A DNA stretch of 64,000 nt from Phoronis australis (Eukaryota; Animalia; Phoronida): the NCBI GenBank assembly GCA_002633005.1, contig NMRA01000506.1, positions 20,069 to 84,068 of the forward strand, written 5' to 3'. Under the pieces are notes generated by a model that saw nothing but the letters and a program-made list of their open reading frames with translations, did no database searches and was not told where the DNA came from. Below are positions 26,651 through 39,500 of the stretch, in pieces. Every line of letters begins with the position of its first letter. Position 1 is the stretch's first letter. The position numbers were made by a program, and so were the translations under genes.

Positions 26651-26885
26651 TATTATTGCATGCCAAAACAGTTGTACAGTCTTTACATATTACTGTATGC
26701 CAAAATTGCACCAATGCTGTTTAACGAACCTACTAGTACTTTACAAACTGGATGACAAATAAACTTTTCTAACCTTAGTATGATTAAGAAGTGTGGTTTT
26801 CTATAAGATGTAACGAGAACACGGGCATATGATGGCTCGTGAGAATCTTTATAATTTCACTTGAACTGTTGTTCATAATTTTCAG

Positions 26886-29800
26886 CAAGTCCAGCAGTTG
26901 GCAGTGGGGACACTGTGGATGCCAGACTGGGGTTTGGCAAGGGCTCAAGGTATGTTTTCAGATCCTCAGATGCTCCTCATAATTCTTAGCCCCAAGTGAT
27001 TGATGCAAAAACTCTTGGTTTTAAAGGAATTCCCGTGACTTATGAAAACCTGTCAAATATGCATAATTTATTCCTCATTTCCTGTACTGTAGGTTGCAAA
27101 CAACTTAAGAGATTGACTCATAAATACATAATTTCTGTAGCCACGAATTTTCCTTGTAGAATCACCTTAGCCTTCCCTTGTAGAATCACTTTAGCCTATC
27201 AAATAGATACTAGTGTGGCTGCAGAGGTGGGTCCCGCAATTCACAGTTGTTGAATCCATTAATGCAGTTGTCTCAAAAAGAGGGCTCCGCTCATAGCATA
27301 ACATCAACTTGCCAAATGTAACCTGGATTTACATATAGTACTAATATCTGCGGTTAAAAATCTTCAATTTGGGAGAGTGAAAAAGTAGTTAGTTTTCCGT
27401 AAGCTGGAGTTCGTGCCAAATTTTAGAAATAGGTAATATTGGTCATTCCAAATTCAAGAATTATGATCAATGACACGTTCATTCAAGTTTATGTTTCACG
27501 GGGCATTAAAGAAGAATTGCGTCATCTGCTATTTTTGGCAATTTTGTGAATTGTATCTATTTTCAGATTTAGTAGACCTATATAAAACAGTATCTGATAT
27601 TTGAGAAATGAAGTTAACACCATAACAGCCTATGTCTAAATCTTCAGAATCAAGAAAATTCAGTTTCTGTTTAAATTTCGGTTTTGGGAGGTTCTCTATA
27701 GATACATTAGGTTGTATCATAGTTTTTCCTGTCTACTGAAGTTTTGCTACCCGCACTTTCATGGAGGGCACACCTCAGGGGAAAACAAAGTATAAACGTT
27801 TTGCTTATATGATACAGTAGTCATGGTCTGTTGTGTGTTTACATAGCTGGGTGAGAGTGGTTTCCCATTGTGTGAATAATGCCATGTGTAAGTAAATGGA
27901 AAAACTTAGATGGATACATAGCAACCTGTGGTATTATCTAGTCTAACTCAAATGTTGACTAAGAAAAACACCAGGAATCATATGGATGTGAAAGTCTCTA
28001 TTAACACTACCTTAGCATTTTCGGTAATCCTGACTTTCTGTTCAATTGTGTAGTTTCGACAAATTGGTTACATCTCATTGTTTAATTCTGATAGTGCTTG
28101 CTTACAGGTGATTTATATGCTTGTTTCTCTGAATTTTCTTTTTCCTCATGTAACAGTTCTTACAGTGTTGCGGGCCGGGTCAGTAGTTCTACCTCACTGG
28201 AGGCAAGGAAAGTGGCGTCAGCTGTCCCAGAAGAGGAATACAACATGACGTATCCAAAGAGAGGCTACGCTGTCATTATGAACAACAGAAAGTTCTACCC
28301 TCACACCCGTATGGGCGAGAGAAACGGCACAGACCGTGATGCGGCCAATCTTTATCAAACTTTCCAGATGTTGGGGTTTGAAGTAGTTCGCAAAGACAAC
28401 TTGACTGTTCAAGAAATGTTGAATTTAGTCTACGAGTGTAAGTCAAGTTTACATGTCCACAATTGCTCATATGTGTTCTAGAGTGTAACTTTGTTGCTGT
28501 TCTTTTCCCTCAATGTCATTATGATATTCTGTGAATGTTGTTCTTGTGTCTTATAGATGGTGTTGTAATTTTTCAACTATTGGAAATTTTTGCCATTCAT
28601 TAAAATTGCAACCTATGAGTGCAATGTGAACTTAAAATGACAAAATATTCCTTAAAGAAAGTTCTTTGGTAAGAATGGTTGTGTGTAAATAACCATCCTA
28701 TGTCCAGTGCATTCTGTGCTAATGTATAGCACTGAGTGCATGATTCAGATTATTTATTGTTCAAGTGAGATACGTCCAAAGTTCAAGGGCCTTTTTTACG
28801 GGTTTTTATTTTGACTTTCGAATCATTTGTTGGTGCATTACAAATATTTTTCCGAGAATCACACAATTTGTCCCTCAGAGTGACACATTTTCATAGCAGA
28901 AACTTGNNNNNNNNNNNNNNNNNNNNNNNNNNNNNNNNNACATTTTCATAGCAGAAACTTGCCCCCCCCCCCCCACCTGCACCATTTGTAGAGTTGAAGT
29001 AGGCTCATAGCAGTGATAAGCTTTCTCTACTTGTACCTGTCGCCATATTTTACTTGATGGTCACACATTTTTCAGTCCTGTTGCAACCTTGTAATGCCGG
29101 ATTTTGTTGTTCAAATTTAAAAGAGGAGTTAGGGGACTGTAGTCAAAATAATGTTGCAGTTAATTGGTTCCAACATGCAAATAAAACTCACAGTTATCCG
29201 ACTTGTACGCCAAACAAAAGTAGATTCGTATTCATGGTCAAAACACTTAATACTGAAAGCGGTTGCTGATTGGCTGATGTGTCAGTGATGTGAATGGCAG
29301 GGTATCAGCTCCTTTTCACATTCATAGCTTATGTCATATTTTGAAGAGTTTACATCGTAATTTATCATTGTTTCAATCGTCCTTATTTTTTCCTGTTTGC
29401 CATAGTGCTGTAAAAGGAGCTAGAAACCTGATTCAAGGGTTTAGCAGTTTGACCTGGTGGGACTCAAACCAATGACCTCGAGTAAAGAAAGCGAGCACCT
29501 ATCACACTAGGCCACACTGTCCCCTCTTGTGATTAAGTGGCTATACACCATGTTCTGGCGTTAAAACGACTTCCTTATTATAGCAACAACTACAATAATA
29601 ATGTAATAATAATAATAATAATAATAATTAAACTTTATTTGTAAGGAATAGGATCCAATACAGTTTAAAACATGCTTTGGGCAAACCCTAATATAGAGCA
29701 TGGTTCTCATAGAGCAGTAAATTAAATTATATTGAATTAAGAAATTAAATTAAATTAAATTGATATTTACAAATTAAATTTATCAATCGAATTAAAATTT

Positions 29801-32800
29801 AAAGTTAACAATAAATTAAAACTCCTATGTGATATATATAATGAATTCTATGGTGGGCAAAAGACTGAAACAAAGGGAGGGACAACTATGAAGACAACAT
29901 GCACAAGTAAGTGATTAGTTTGTGCCTGAAGTCATCAAAACCATCCGCCCCCTTCAGGCTATTTAGTAAATCGTTCCATTCTCCAATAAAAGAGGACTTG
30001 GAGTATTACGAAGTTCTGTGTCTGGGGACAACAAAGTTGTATGAGGAAGAGATTTCTGGTCCTAATTTGGTGGCTGTTTTGAACGAGTAACGAGTTACGA
30101 GTTAAATAAGTTGGTACATTACTGTGAAAACAGTTATGCGCCATACACAAAGGCCGATATACGAAATATTTGTCGACAGGCAGCCACCCCAGTCTGCTAA
30201 ATATATGAATTGATGGAGTGTCAAAAGGCACACCTGCTTCTGAGCCTTCAATAGACGGGAAACCAAATTCGCATTGCATCCTGACCACACAGTACTACAA
30301 TAAATGAAGAGAGGAAATACACAGACTCTGAAATATTTCAGACGCCCTTCTGTGGGAAGAAATGGTGATATTCATTGGAAAAGATCAAGATGTTGTCTAA
30401 TTTGGGACACAGTCCCACGAATATGAATAGACCAGCTAAGGGTTTTGTCAACAGTGACACCCAATAACTTTTTGCTGTCAACCTATTTGAGCTGAGCACC
30501 CGAAATAGCCAGATTAAGTTCAAGGTTACTTCTAACGTTACGTTGATCTGAGCCAATACTCATCTTTTTTTTTTCGTGTTGTTATCCTGTTATCCCACTA
30601 ACAATGTTACTGCTTTGTATGCTGAAACTAACCCACCGTGACTCGTAACGTCAAATGACTGGAGCAATCTTATGCAGCCACTGCAGGTTATATACCAGAT
30701 ACCCTAGGCTATCATACGCTCATGCTATATGGGAAAGAAACATGAAAAGTAATGTTTTGGTCTGGACTATTCGTGGAAAAACTTTTACTGAATTAACGAG
30801 AAGTGTCGATGACGCTGATACTTACTAACTCTTCAAAATATAAATATCTTGGACTGATTGGAGAAGTTATTTCAGTAGCAACATCTGTGAGCTGTAATTG
30901 CGGAGAGCTGCATTCAGAGCAGAAGACATTTCAATATGAAGCAACTGGTGTTAGATGTGTCATTCAAAAGTAATATTACCAAATGTCTGCGAACCACCGT
31001 TAAACATTATGTCGTGAGTCGATGCAAAATCATTTGAAACATTGTCATTTTAAAAACTAAGAGACAAAAAACTTGCAGGTCTACTAGCTGATGCAAATTT
31101 AAGTATAAAACACGTTTAAGATAATAATTTTACCTTTTATTTACACAAACAATCAAAGTATAAGTGAAATTTAGTGAGGTCATAAAATGCAGCGAATCAA
31201 AAACATTTCTGCGACAAAACATAGACCTGCATCAAAACATACCTTTACCAAGTACAAAACATCAATAAATTCATTTTTCCATGCTCTTAAACACTTGTTA
31301 TTCAAGTTGTCTAAAGCAGGAAGATTTTTCCACCAAGTATTGAGACAATCTCTCTGTTGTGATAAAATGAGCTGTTCTAAATGTGCTACCAAACAATGTG
31401 GGTTAATGTGCACTTAAAAGAGGAAAGATTTGACCACAGTTGGCCTCTATAAACACGTGTTTGTTATGAATGCACTGTCAGAAGATTTTTGATGAAATTT
31501 CAGAGATTTCATTGAAACACATGCATGCATGCCTGACAATATGAAGGAACAATAAGAAAGAGTAGCCTAGTGCATCTTAATTTGGGTAATGACATCATGA
31601 ACTTTTTGTACCAAGAGAGTTATCTTATCATGTATGCAAGGGACACAACTCTAAATTTAAAACACAACACTATTACTATTCAACACTGTTCATTCAATGT
31701 TTCAGATGGAGCCAAGGACCATTCACAGAATGACTGCTTTGCTTGTGCAATACTTTCCCATGGGGAGGAGAATGTTGTGTACGGCGTCGATGGCACTCTT
31801 AAAATAGAGGAAATCACTAATCCCTTCAAAGGAAACAACTGCAAGTCTTTGGTTGGAAAGCCAAAAATTTTCCTTGTGCAGGTACTTCCTACTGTATTAC
31901 GGTAGTTTTCACATGACAATCACGTGTATATCCTTTGAAATTTTGGGGTAAGAGTTGTTTTGTGTTTCTTTTCTGTCATTTCTTGTCTCAATTTTCATCA
32001 ATTTAATAAAATTAATTTACCTATTTCTTCACCCTTTGTGGATAAGTGTTGTTATTTTTGAAAGCACAACATTGAGAATTTGTATGTCGCTTTTTCAAAG
32101 CTCAAATCACTTCTCTTTTTACCTGATTGAGTCACCTCCACAGGTAATTCATCGTGTAACAGACTTATGGGACTACCAACTACCTGAATGCATGCTTTTA
32201 TACATCTCATTGGGTGAAGTATTGTTTCGTCAGTGCCATCAAGTGACTGTTCAGCTACTCATGGCATGCACTGTAGACTAAATGCGTTTCATTTCTTGAT
32301 TTCTGGCAGGCCTGCCGAGGTACGCTGCTGGATCATGGTGCGGATAAGGCTGATGCTGGGATGGAGGTGGATACCCCAATTGAACGAATACCAACAGAAG
32401 CTGACTTCCTTATGGGTTACTCTGTAGTTCCAGGTAGAGTGTGATCTTGATTTATTGGGTCCTATTGATTGTTTCCGTTTGGGAGGACATTTGTAATATT
32501 CTGTTTGAAAAAGGGAATACGGTGAGTTCCAAGAAGTGTTGTGTGCATTTTCATTTGATACCAAGTTCATAAATGTATTCACTGTAGAAAATTTGACTTT
32601 CTGATGCTCATTTCGAACACCAATAGAGTTTCTCTATGTGAAAGCGCATTATATTGCAACCTTTCAGGTGTTGTGTAACTTAATCTAATATTTAATTACA
32701 ATTTTGTATTTGTACTTTTATGCAAGTCAAAACTATCAGTAAAGCTAAACTTGAGAAATAAATGTGAAATTTAGTTTGCATGAAAAGATTTCTGTCTTGT

Positions 32801-34222
32801 TGAGATAGCATTATTCGGAAAGATTTTTTTCTCACCTGGTTTGAGTTACATTTCGTTGCACTAGTTTCGAGTGAAAATGAAACAGAAATGTTCCCTGTAA
32901 ACAAGTAGAATCTTTTCTGACAACATCCACAACTCTAAAAAGTAACATGATAATGAAATCAGTCATATGAATGCAATGTCATGCCATTAGATGGTTTGTA
33001 ATGTCAGACGTGCCTTCCCAGATCACGGGAATACAATGTCATGCCATTAGATGGTTTGTAATGTCAGACGTGCCTTCCCAGATCACGTGAATACAATGTC
33101 ATGCCATTAGATTGTTTTTAATGTCAGACGTGCCTTCCTAGACCATATCAGGCTTATCAGGGGAACAGTTTGCTTACTGTGAATGCCTTAAATGAAACGC
33201 CAGTGATAATGCGGTCTAAAGTTTGATTTCTAAATTTCTTAACTACCAGTAACACAACAAAACTATGTATAATTCATATCATAGAATTTTCCCCTCAATT
33301 CAAGTGCCATGCAGTGTTAATTAGGTGTCAAGCTAAAATTGCAAAATTCAAACTGGAATAAATCAACGAAGATAGACTTGCATAAAGTTTTGACATCACG
33401 AAAACAACTTTGTGAAAAGACAAAATTCACAGCTACGTTAATTGCATTTTCACAACCAACTGCTTTCAAGTGCAACTTGCATGCTAATTCCTTATCTCTG
33501 TGATTGCTTGGTCAAATTAGTTAGAATACACAACATATAGCGACGATGTGAATATGAAGTAGGTTAGAAATTGTCAAATGTTTTTAAGAACGAGTTTTGT
33601 AGGTTTTTTTGAAATAGCATTGTTGTTGAGTCCCTGCTCTGAACATCAGCAGTAAGAGCATGCATCACCTCAATGGACAATTCCATCGTGGCTGACGTAT
33701 ACAAACTTTACATAAACAAATCCTAGTCTGTAAATTTTTCAACACTTTTATATAGAATTGCACATGTGGGGAGAGGAGAGGGAAAACTGTTTTGTTGACT
33801 CTGGTGAAATGGCTACAAGAGAACGATCCCTATACGAGTCTACATGTAGAACGTATACAGTATTTCTGATGAAGGATCTGCCAACCTCCAAGGTCACCTT
33901 GCAAGAGTTTGCAATTTGATCTCCAGCAACTTATGTGGTAGTGATTATTTCTGTGTTTACTTTATACACTTCAGGATATTTTTCTTGGCGGAATTCCACT
34001 AGAGGGTCCTGGTTTGTTCAAGCAATCTGTGACGTGTTCGACCAATATGCGGAGCAACTTGACAAGTACGACATGCTCAAATTGATGACGAGGGTTAGCA
34101 AAAAGGTTGCGTACGATTTCGAATCCAATGCGGCCCAGTCACACATGAACAAGAAGAAACAAGTGCCATGCATCACCTCTATGTTGACAAAGGACTTGTA
34201 TTTTAGACCAAAAGCTAACTAG
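26886..34222 (+). CDS. CASP7: Effector caspase-3/7-like protease (5 exons identified; first coding exon not located)
   Basis: Exons 26886-26949 (DTVDAR, like caspase-7 DSVD/AKP), 28157(or 28166)-28437 (YNMTYPKRGYAVIMNN..RNGTDRD), 31706-31881 (ILSHG..GKPKIFLVQ), 32310-32433 (ACRG..IPTEADFL) and 33975-34222 (GYFSWRNSTRGSWFVQ..QVPCITSMLTKDLYF*). Phases are consistent. AATAAA at ~34852, 34998 and 35023. CASP3 vs CASP7 orthology is unresolved. Confidence 0.95.
29415..29521 (-). mobile_element. tRNA-derived SINE, 5' fragment
   Basis: On the minus strand: A box TGGCCTAGTGTG and B box GGTTTGAGTCCC, followed by CAGGTCAAAC... body; lies in a caspase intron. Confidence 0.6.
29590..30300 (-). mobile_element. 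LINE (CR1/L2-like) 3' fragment
   Basis: Degenerate ORF2 C-terminus (IFSRLGWLPV..CFHSNVPTYL..HQIRTR), then an AT-rich 3' UTR with AATAAA and a (TTA)n tail. It interrupts sequence that is contiguous at ~16790-16990. Confidence 0.65.
32969..33140. repeat. ~59-bp tandem repeat x3
   Basis: GAAT(G/A)CAATGTCATGCCATTAGATGGTTTGTAATGTCAGACGTGCCTTCC occurs three times. Confidence 0.85.
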
Positions 34223-35288
34223 ATGATCCAGTTGTAATTATTTTAAAATATTTAGTTTTAAACTGGGCTGGTATCATACTGAAAGTGGCAAGTTGGATGT
34301 ATTAGTAATTTGTCGCATAGTGTGAATTAGTGTTTAGATGTCTTTTGCATGGATGTGAATGTGATCCACCTGTTATCTGAAGAGCCACACTTTTCACTGG
34401 AATCTTCACTTTCACACCAATTACCTTTTGTTGGCATGATGACTTACTATTTTATGCGGTTTCAGTCGAGTCACAGGACATGCACTTTGAACATTTGCAT
34501 TGAGGAGTACTTTAAATTTTATCTGTCGACAGAATGCATTTAGAAAACTGACAGCATAACTTGTGATCTGGACGTAGAGGTCTCCATGGCCTGTTATAAC
34601 AGGGTGTTGCACTCCCTTATGTACCTGTTGACTATGTGCTCGGGTTGAATGTAACCATCCTCTTTCAATTTATAGTCAGAAAATGTTTATCTGTACTCTT
34701 TTCTTTAGTTTGGTTTAGACAACCATTGTTTTGTACAATCTGTGCAGTGATACGATTCAATACCCAAGTTCATTTCAAAATCATGTGATCGAAACACACT
34801 TGTTCGTTTGATGTTCATTGACCCAGCTGTACAGGTGATTACTCAATATGCAATAAAGGCATTGATACCAGTTGTACAAGGAATGCAAGTATAGTGTACT
34901 CAGCTCAGTATAGAACGATAAAACCAGGAAACATTCAATGTAGCATTGTTAACTGTGCCATGAAGAATGACTGAAGGCTCTCACTTCACTGTTGCAAAAT
35001 AAAGGTTTAGCCACGTAGTAGAAATAAACATTATCTCAGTAACTAGTATTCTCAAAGACTGCATTTTTGCTGAAGTGTGATTTATTTATTTTTCAAAAAT
35101 AGTTGTGTGGAAAACAAAACCAAACTTCCGACTTGTCTCCAGTCATTTTTCATGAAACAGGTCTCTAGAGTTTGTCAGATTGGGTCTCCTCAGTTGCTTG
35201 TATCTCTGTGTTGTCATCAATAATAAAAAGTCATGATAGTGAGACATGTTCTTATTTGTTAATTACATCATTTTTTGGCCATAGTACG

Positions 35289-35631
35289 ATTAGAAAACAG
35301 ACAATCGGCGCACAAATAAAAAAGTTCATGTTAACTCAACGTTTCGTCTATTCATAAAACATCAGGATAAGTACAGTAGGAAAACAAGTGGCGATTACCA
35401 TTCAAGTCACATCCATGTAGTGAAATGAGAGTGAGTTACACAGGGAAAGTGAGTAGGTCATCACCATAGTTGCAGGGTCACTGAGCTTTGCACGTTATTC
35501 CACATGGATGTGACTTGAATGATGATCGACACTTGTCCTACTGTACATATCCCGATGATGTCTTGTGAATAGACAAAACGTTGAGTTAACATGAACTTTT
35601 TTATTTGTGCGGCGATTGTCCGTTTTCTAAT
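35289..35631. repeat. Inverted repeat (~130-bp arms) carrying degenerate hammerhead-ribozyme-like motifs; possible Penelope-like element end
   Basis: Arms at 35289-35418 and 35502-35631; their consensus is CCTGATGATGTCTTGTGAATAGACGAAACGTTG. Confidence 0.6.
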
Positions 35632-36507
35632 TGTTCTTATTTGGTATGTTGTAACCAATGGATGATGTTGTAACCACTGGATGTTGCTCGCCTTGCTTCA
35701 CAGTCCTGGTTTTACTGGAAGACAATTGAACACTGCTTAAAAGTGTCTCTTATTTATCTCAGCTCAGTCTTAATTGTGTGTGAATGCACAGGTGGAGTGA
35801 ACAAGAACCTGGATATAATGCAAAAGCCAATTCCTGAGGTGTGCCAATATTCAGGAAATAATTACAAGAACATGTTGAAGAAACAATCCAGTTGTCACAA
35901 CCATAAATACTGGAGCCAATCAGTTGCATCCCAGTAGGTATGGCAACATGTCTCACATACAGTGATGCGGAAAATATAGCACGAGTCACTGACCAGCAGC
36001 AACAGGACTTTCATCGAGTCAAAATGTCAAGTTAGAAGTCCGACTGAGTATTTACGGACTCAACCATTGAACTGTTACCTTGAACAAGACTGACTAGTGT
36101 TGGTGTCCAGCAACAGCTTAATCAATATCAGAAAAGAACTTGAGCACACTCGCACAGCTAAAATTATTTTAAAAAATTCTACTTATTTTGCAAAGGACTA
36201 CTTTGAAGTAACCTTTTGCCTCACCTAGTTCACACAGTCAGTTTTGCACTTCTGAAAATATCTATGCAAAGCCGAGTCATTAGTTCTAGTGATGCACACC
36301 TCTTTAACTGTATCAAAAAGGTTTGAATATTGCGTGTTTATCACTTGCTTACTCAAGACATTTCCCACACCCATCCACTACATAGGCTGTATATTCGGTT
36401 TATTTCACAGACCCTGATTATCAGGAAATATAATTTCTCAATTCACTTTGTGCAAATTAAGTACAGAATTATCATATAGGGTGTTTTATCACATTTATTT
36501 CAGAGAG

Positions 36508-39500
36508 CTATTTGAACAAATGTTGATCAGAATCACATTGCACCTGAATATATTCAGTTCTGAAGAGGTCGTCGTCACGCCAACAGCTCTGTCTGCAGCT
36601 GTAAACTAGAACTGTTCCAAACTCCAGAATGGTTTCTGAAATAAATAATTACATACTGCACTATTCACTTAGGAAAACAAGAATTGCCTTCACCACAAAC
36701 AGCAGGAGTAACACATGTTCTACAAAACCTCACTTATCATATTCATTCTAATAAGCGCCCATGCCAATATGAGCGCCCCTCCCCACGCCTTTTCAGACTT
36801 TGCTGAAATAAGTGCCCAGCCCATGAATGTGTACAAGCGAAAAATGGCTTACCTACAATGCTAAAATTCTATAGTAACGTCTTCCAATTTATTAGCAAGA
36901 TCTGATAGACATAAAAAGATCATTGAGCGCGGAATTTCCAGACCACTACCCTCACCGCCATGTCGGTATTTAGCCCTGACTTCATACTTCAAACTTCTGC
37001 TGTGCTTCAAAAAAAGTAAAAGTTTTGCTGATCTCTCGAGGAACACGTCCCACTATGGTCTGGCCTTTCAGAACAGACACAGCGTGCTTTTCAACCACAT
37101 AGAATCTTTCACATGCAGTTTCCAATTCTATCTCGACAGGATTCCAATTTCTTTGAACACGTCAAAACCGCAAATTGAAGACAGGTACTCAAAGCATGCC
37201 ATTCAGCAAATGACTTTATCGCGAATAAAAAACTTGGAGTTGGCTAGGAAGCACGTGCTACATACCTATCATCATAGACATTAGTCTTCGGGACCTATCT
37301 TTTCATGAAACAATGGGTAGCATAGCATCGGCAAGAAATAAATATTGCCACTAACTTCCGAAATAAAAACCATAAAAAACTTATGTGTTATTTTTAAGAG
37401 GAATTATTCAATTAATCATAACTTGTGTGTTTAAAGTCAAATATCTGATAAAATGACCCACTGATAGTGAATACTTCTGCACCCTTACACTCGAATCTCT
37501 TGGAAAATAACGGACTGTCATGCCTACTGTCATCCAGTGACTCAATGACACTAAACAGGTTATTATTTAAAAAGACTAATTCTTACTAAAATGACACAAA
37601 CAAAAAACTGAATTTCGGGCCCCTATATTAATATAAAGGGCCAAGCCAGAAGGCGGCCAAAGAGCGGGGTGCCTACATTAATTTGTTGGGTCAAAACTGT
37701 ATTTTTATTCAAGTTGCCATACCTACGATTGCGAGGCATTGACATGAGTTATATTCAAGGGATTTCAGAACAATTTTCTGTAAGATGATCATAATTTAAC
37801 AATGAAGTTTGATAACAATGTACCACAGTTTAGTAGAAAGTCCGTCGTAGGTAACACAAACTTAACAGAGCGTAAATTTGATGAGAATCCTAGCTTACGA
37901 CTTCATCCACAATATAATGCAGTGCTCAATACATGATGACTCTAGGATGTTGGTGAATACAATGGTGAATTGCTGTGTTCCAGGGTTTGTATGGATCAGA
38001 GTGTATACAGGCTTCTCTGTATCAAAGAACCTTCACACAAACACCATTCTGCCAGTACAATTTCTATAAATGAAGGTGCGAGTCTGTTTTTCCAAAAAGC
38101 ATATGGGCTAAAAATATTAACTGCAGACAACATTCAGTGTCGTTATGTCCATCTGTCTCAGCTGCTATGACATTTTCAGTGAATATTTACAACAAAAATA
38201 ATCCAGCTCTGACTAAATATAAATCAGTACTGAGAACCAGTGAATTAATTCCCTTAACATTCACTTTGACTCTCACAGAAAAGTGTTGAAGGTTGTCTGG
38301 TTCATTGCATTAATTACAGATAATAAAGTAATTCTCAACTTAATCAATACTTGGCTATTACTACCTTACCACCAACTGTAAGTCTGCCCACTTACTTTTG
38401 GTACAATGTGTTCAAAGTGTGTCGCTGTTGTGTTATATCCAGCACTGGGTTAGTTGTGAATATATGTCTACAAGATAATTACCATCAGGTCTGTCTTTGA
38501 CTTTCAGTGCTGAGACAAGAGCAGGCATTAACTGCAGTTCATAAACACGTTCACTGCCACATGATTGACAACAAGGTACTGGTGTGTCACTGTTAACAAG
38601 GTTGAGGGGTGACCCATCCCAGTGATACCTAGAATGGGAGACAGGTGTTAGGTTGCCAATATCTNTGGGGAAATTTCAGTTGGAACAAGTCACAAGGGGA
38701 AAATTCAACAGGCAAGGGTAAAGCAGACGTATCAGCAAGGGTAAAGCAGACGTATCAGCAAGGGTAAAGCAGACGTATCAGCCTGTCAGTTTCAGCTTCC
38801 ATTTTTCCATTTGTACACAATATCAAAATATTTCATTTAAAACAGTTATAAATCCACATTTATTGCAAGAAGTGATGTTTAGATCACTTACTGTGCTATA
38901 AAATTTGTCTCAACTTGTTTCGTAGTACTCAAATGAGAAGTAATTTCAGGTTTTCAATAGAACTGACAGCTCAGTTTTTGTCGAGACCAAGCTTGATGCA
39001 AAATAATAAAATGACTCCACGACAAGCCAACTTGAAGACCTGGTCTCCAGCAATAACATGACACGCCGTGACAAGCCAATTTGAAGACCTGGTCTCCAGT
39101 AATAACGTGACACGCCGTGACCAGCCACCTTGAAGACCTGGTCTCCAGTAATAACATGACACACTGTGACAAGCCAACTTGAAGACCTAGTCTCCAGAAA
39201 TACAATGACACGCTGTGACAAGCCACCTTGAAGACTTGGTCTCCAGTAATAACACGACACACCGCGACAAGCCACCTTGAAGACCTGGTCTCCAGCAATA
39301 ACATGACATACTGCGACAAGCCAACTTGAAGACTTGGTCTCCAGCAATAACAATCTGACAGTTCTTATCAAGCCATGAATCACCTTCAGTTTGACAAAGC
39401 AGTAATTTGCAACCAATAGTATAACTTAAGTGGTCTAAAGCAAAAGTTGATTTTTGAGATGGAAAATGGGTTTACAGTTCTTTCAAAACTAAATAATTTT

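Noticed and set aside
38946-39416. Three overlapping repetitive ORFs
   Set aside because: Artefact of the ~49-bp minisatellite inside a PDCD2L intron.
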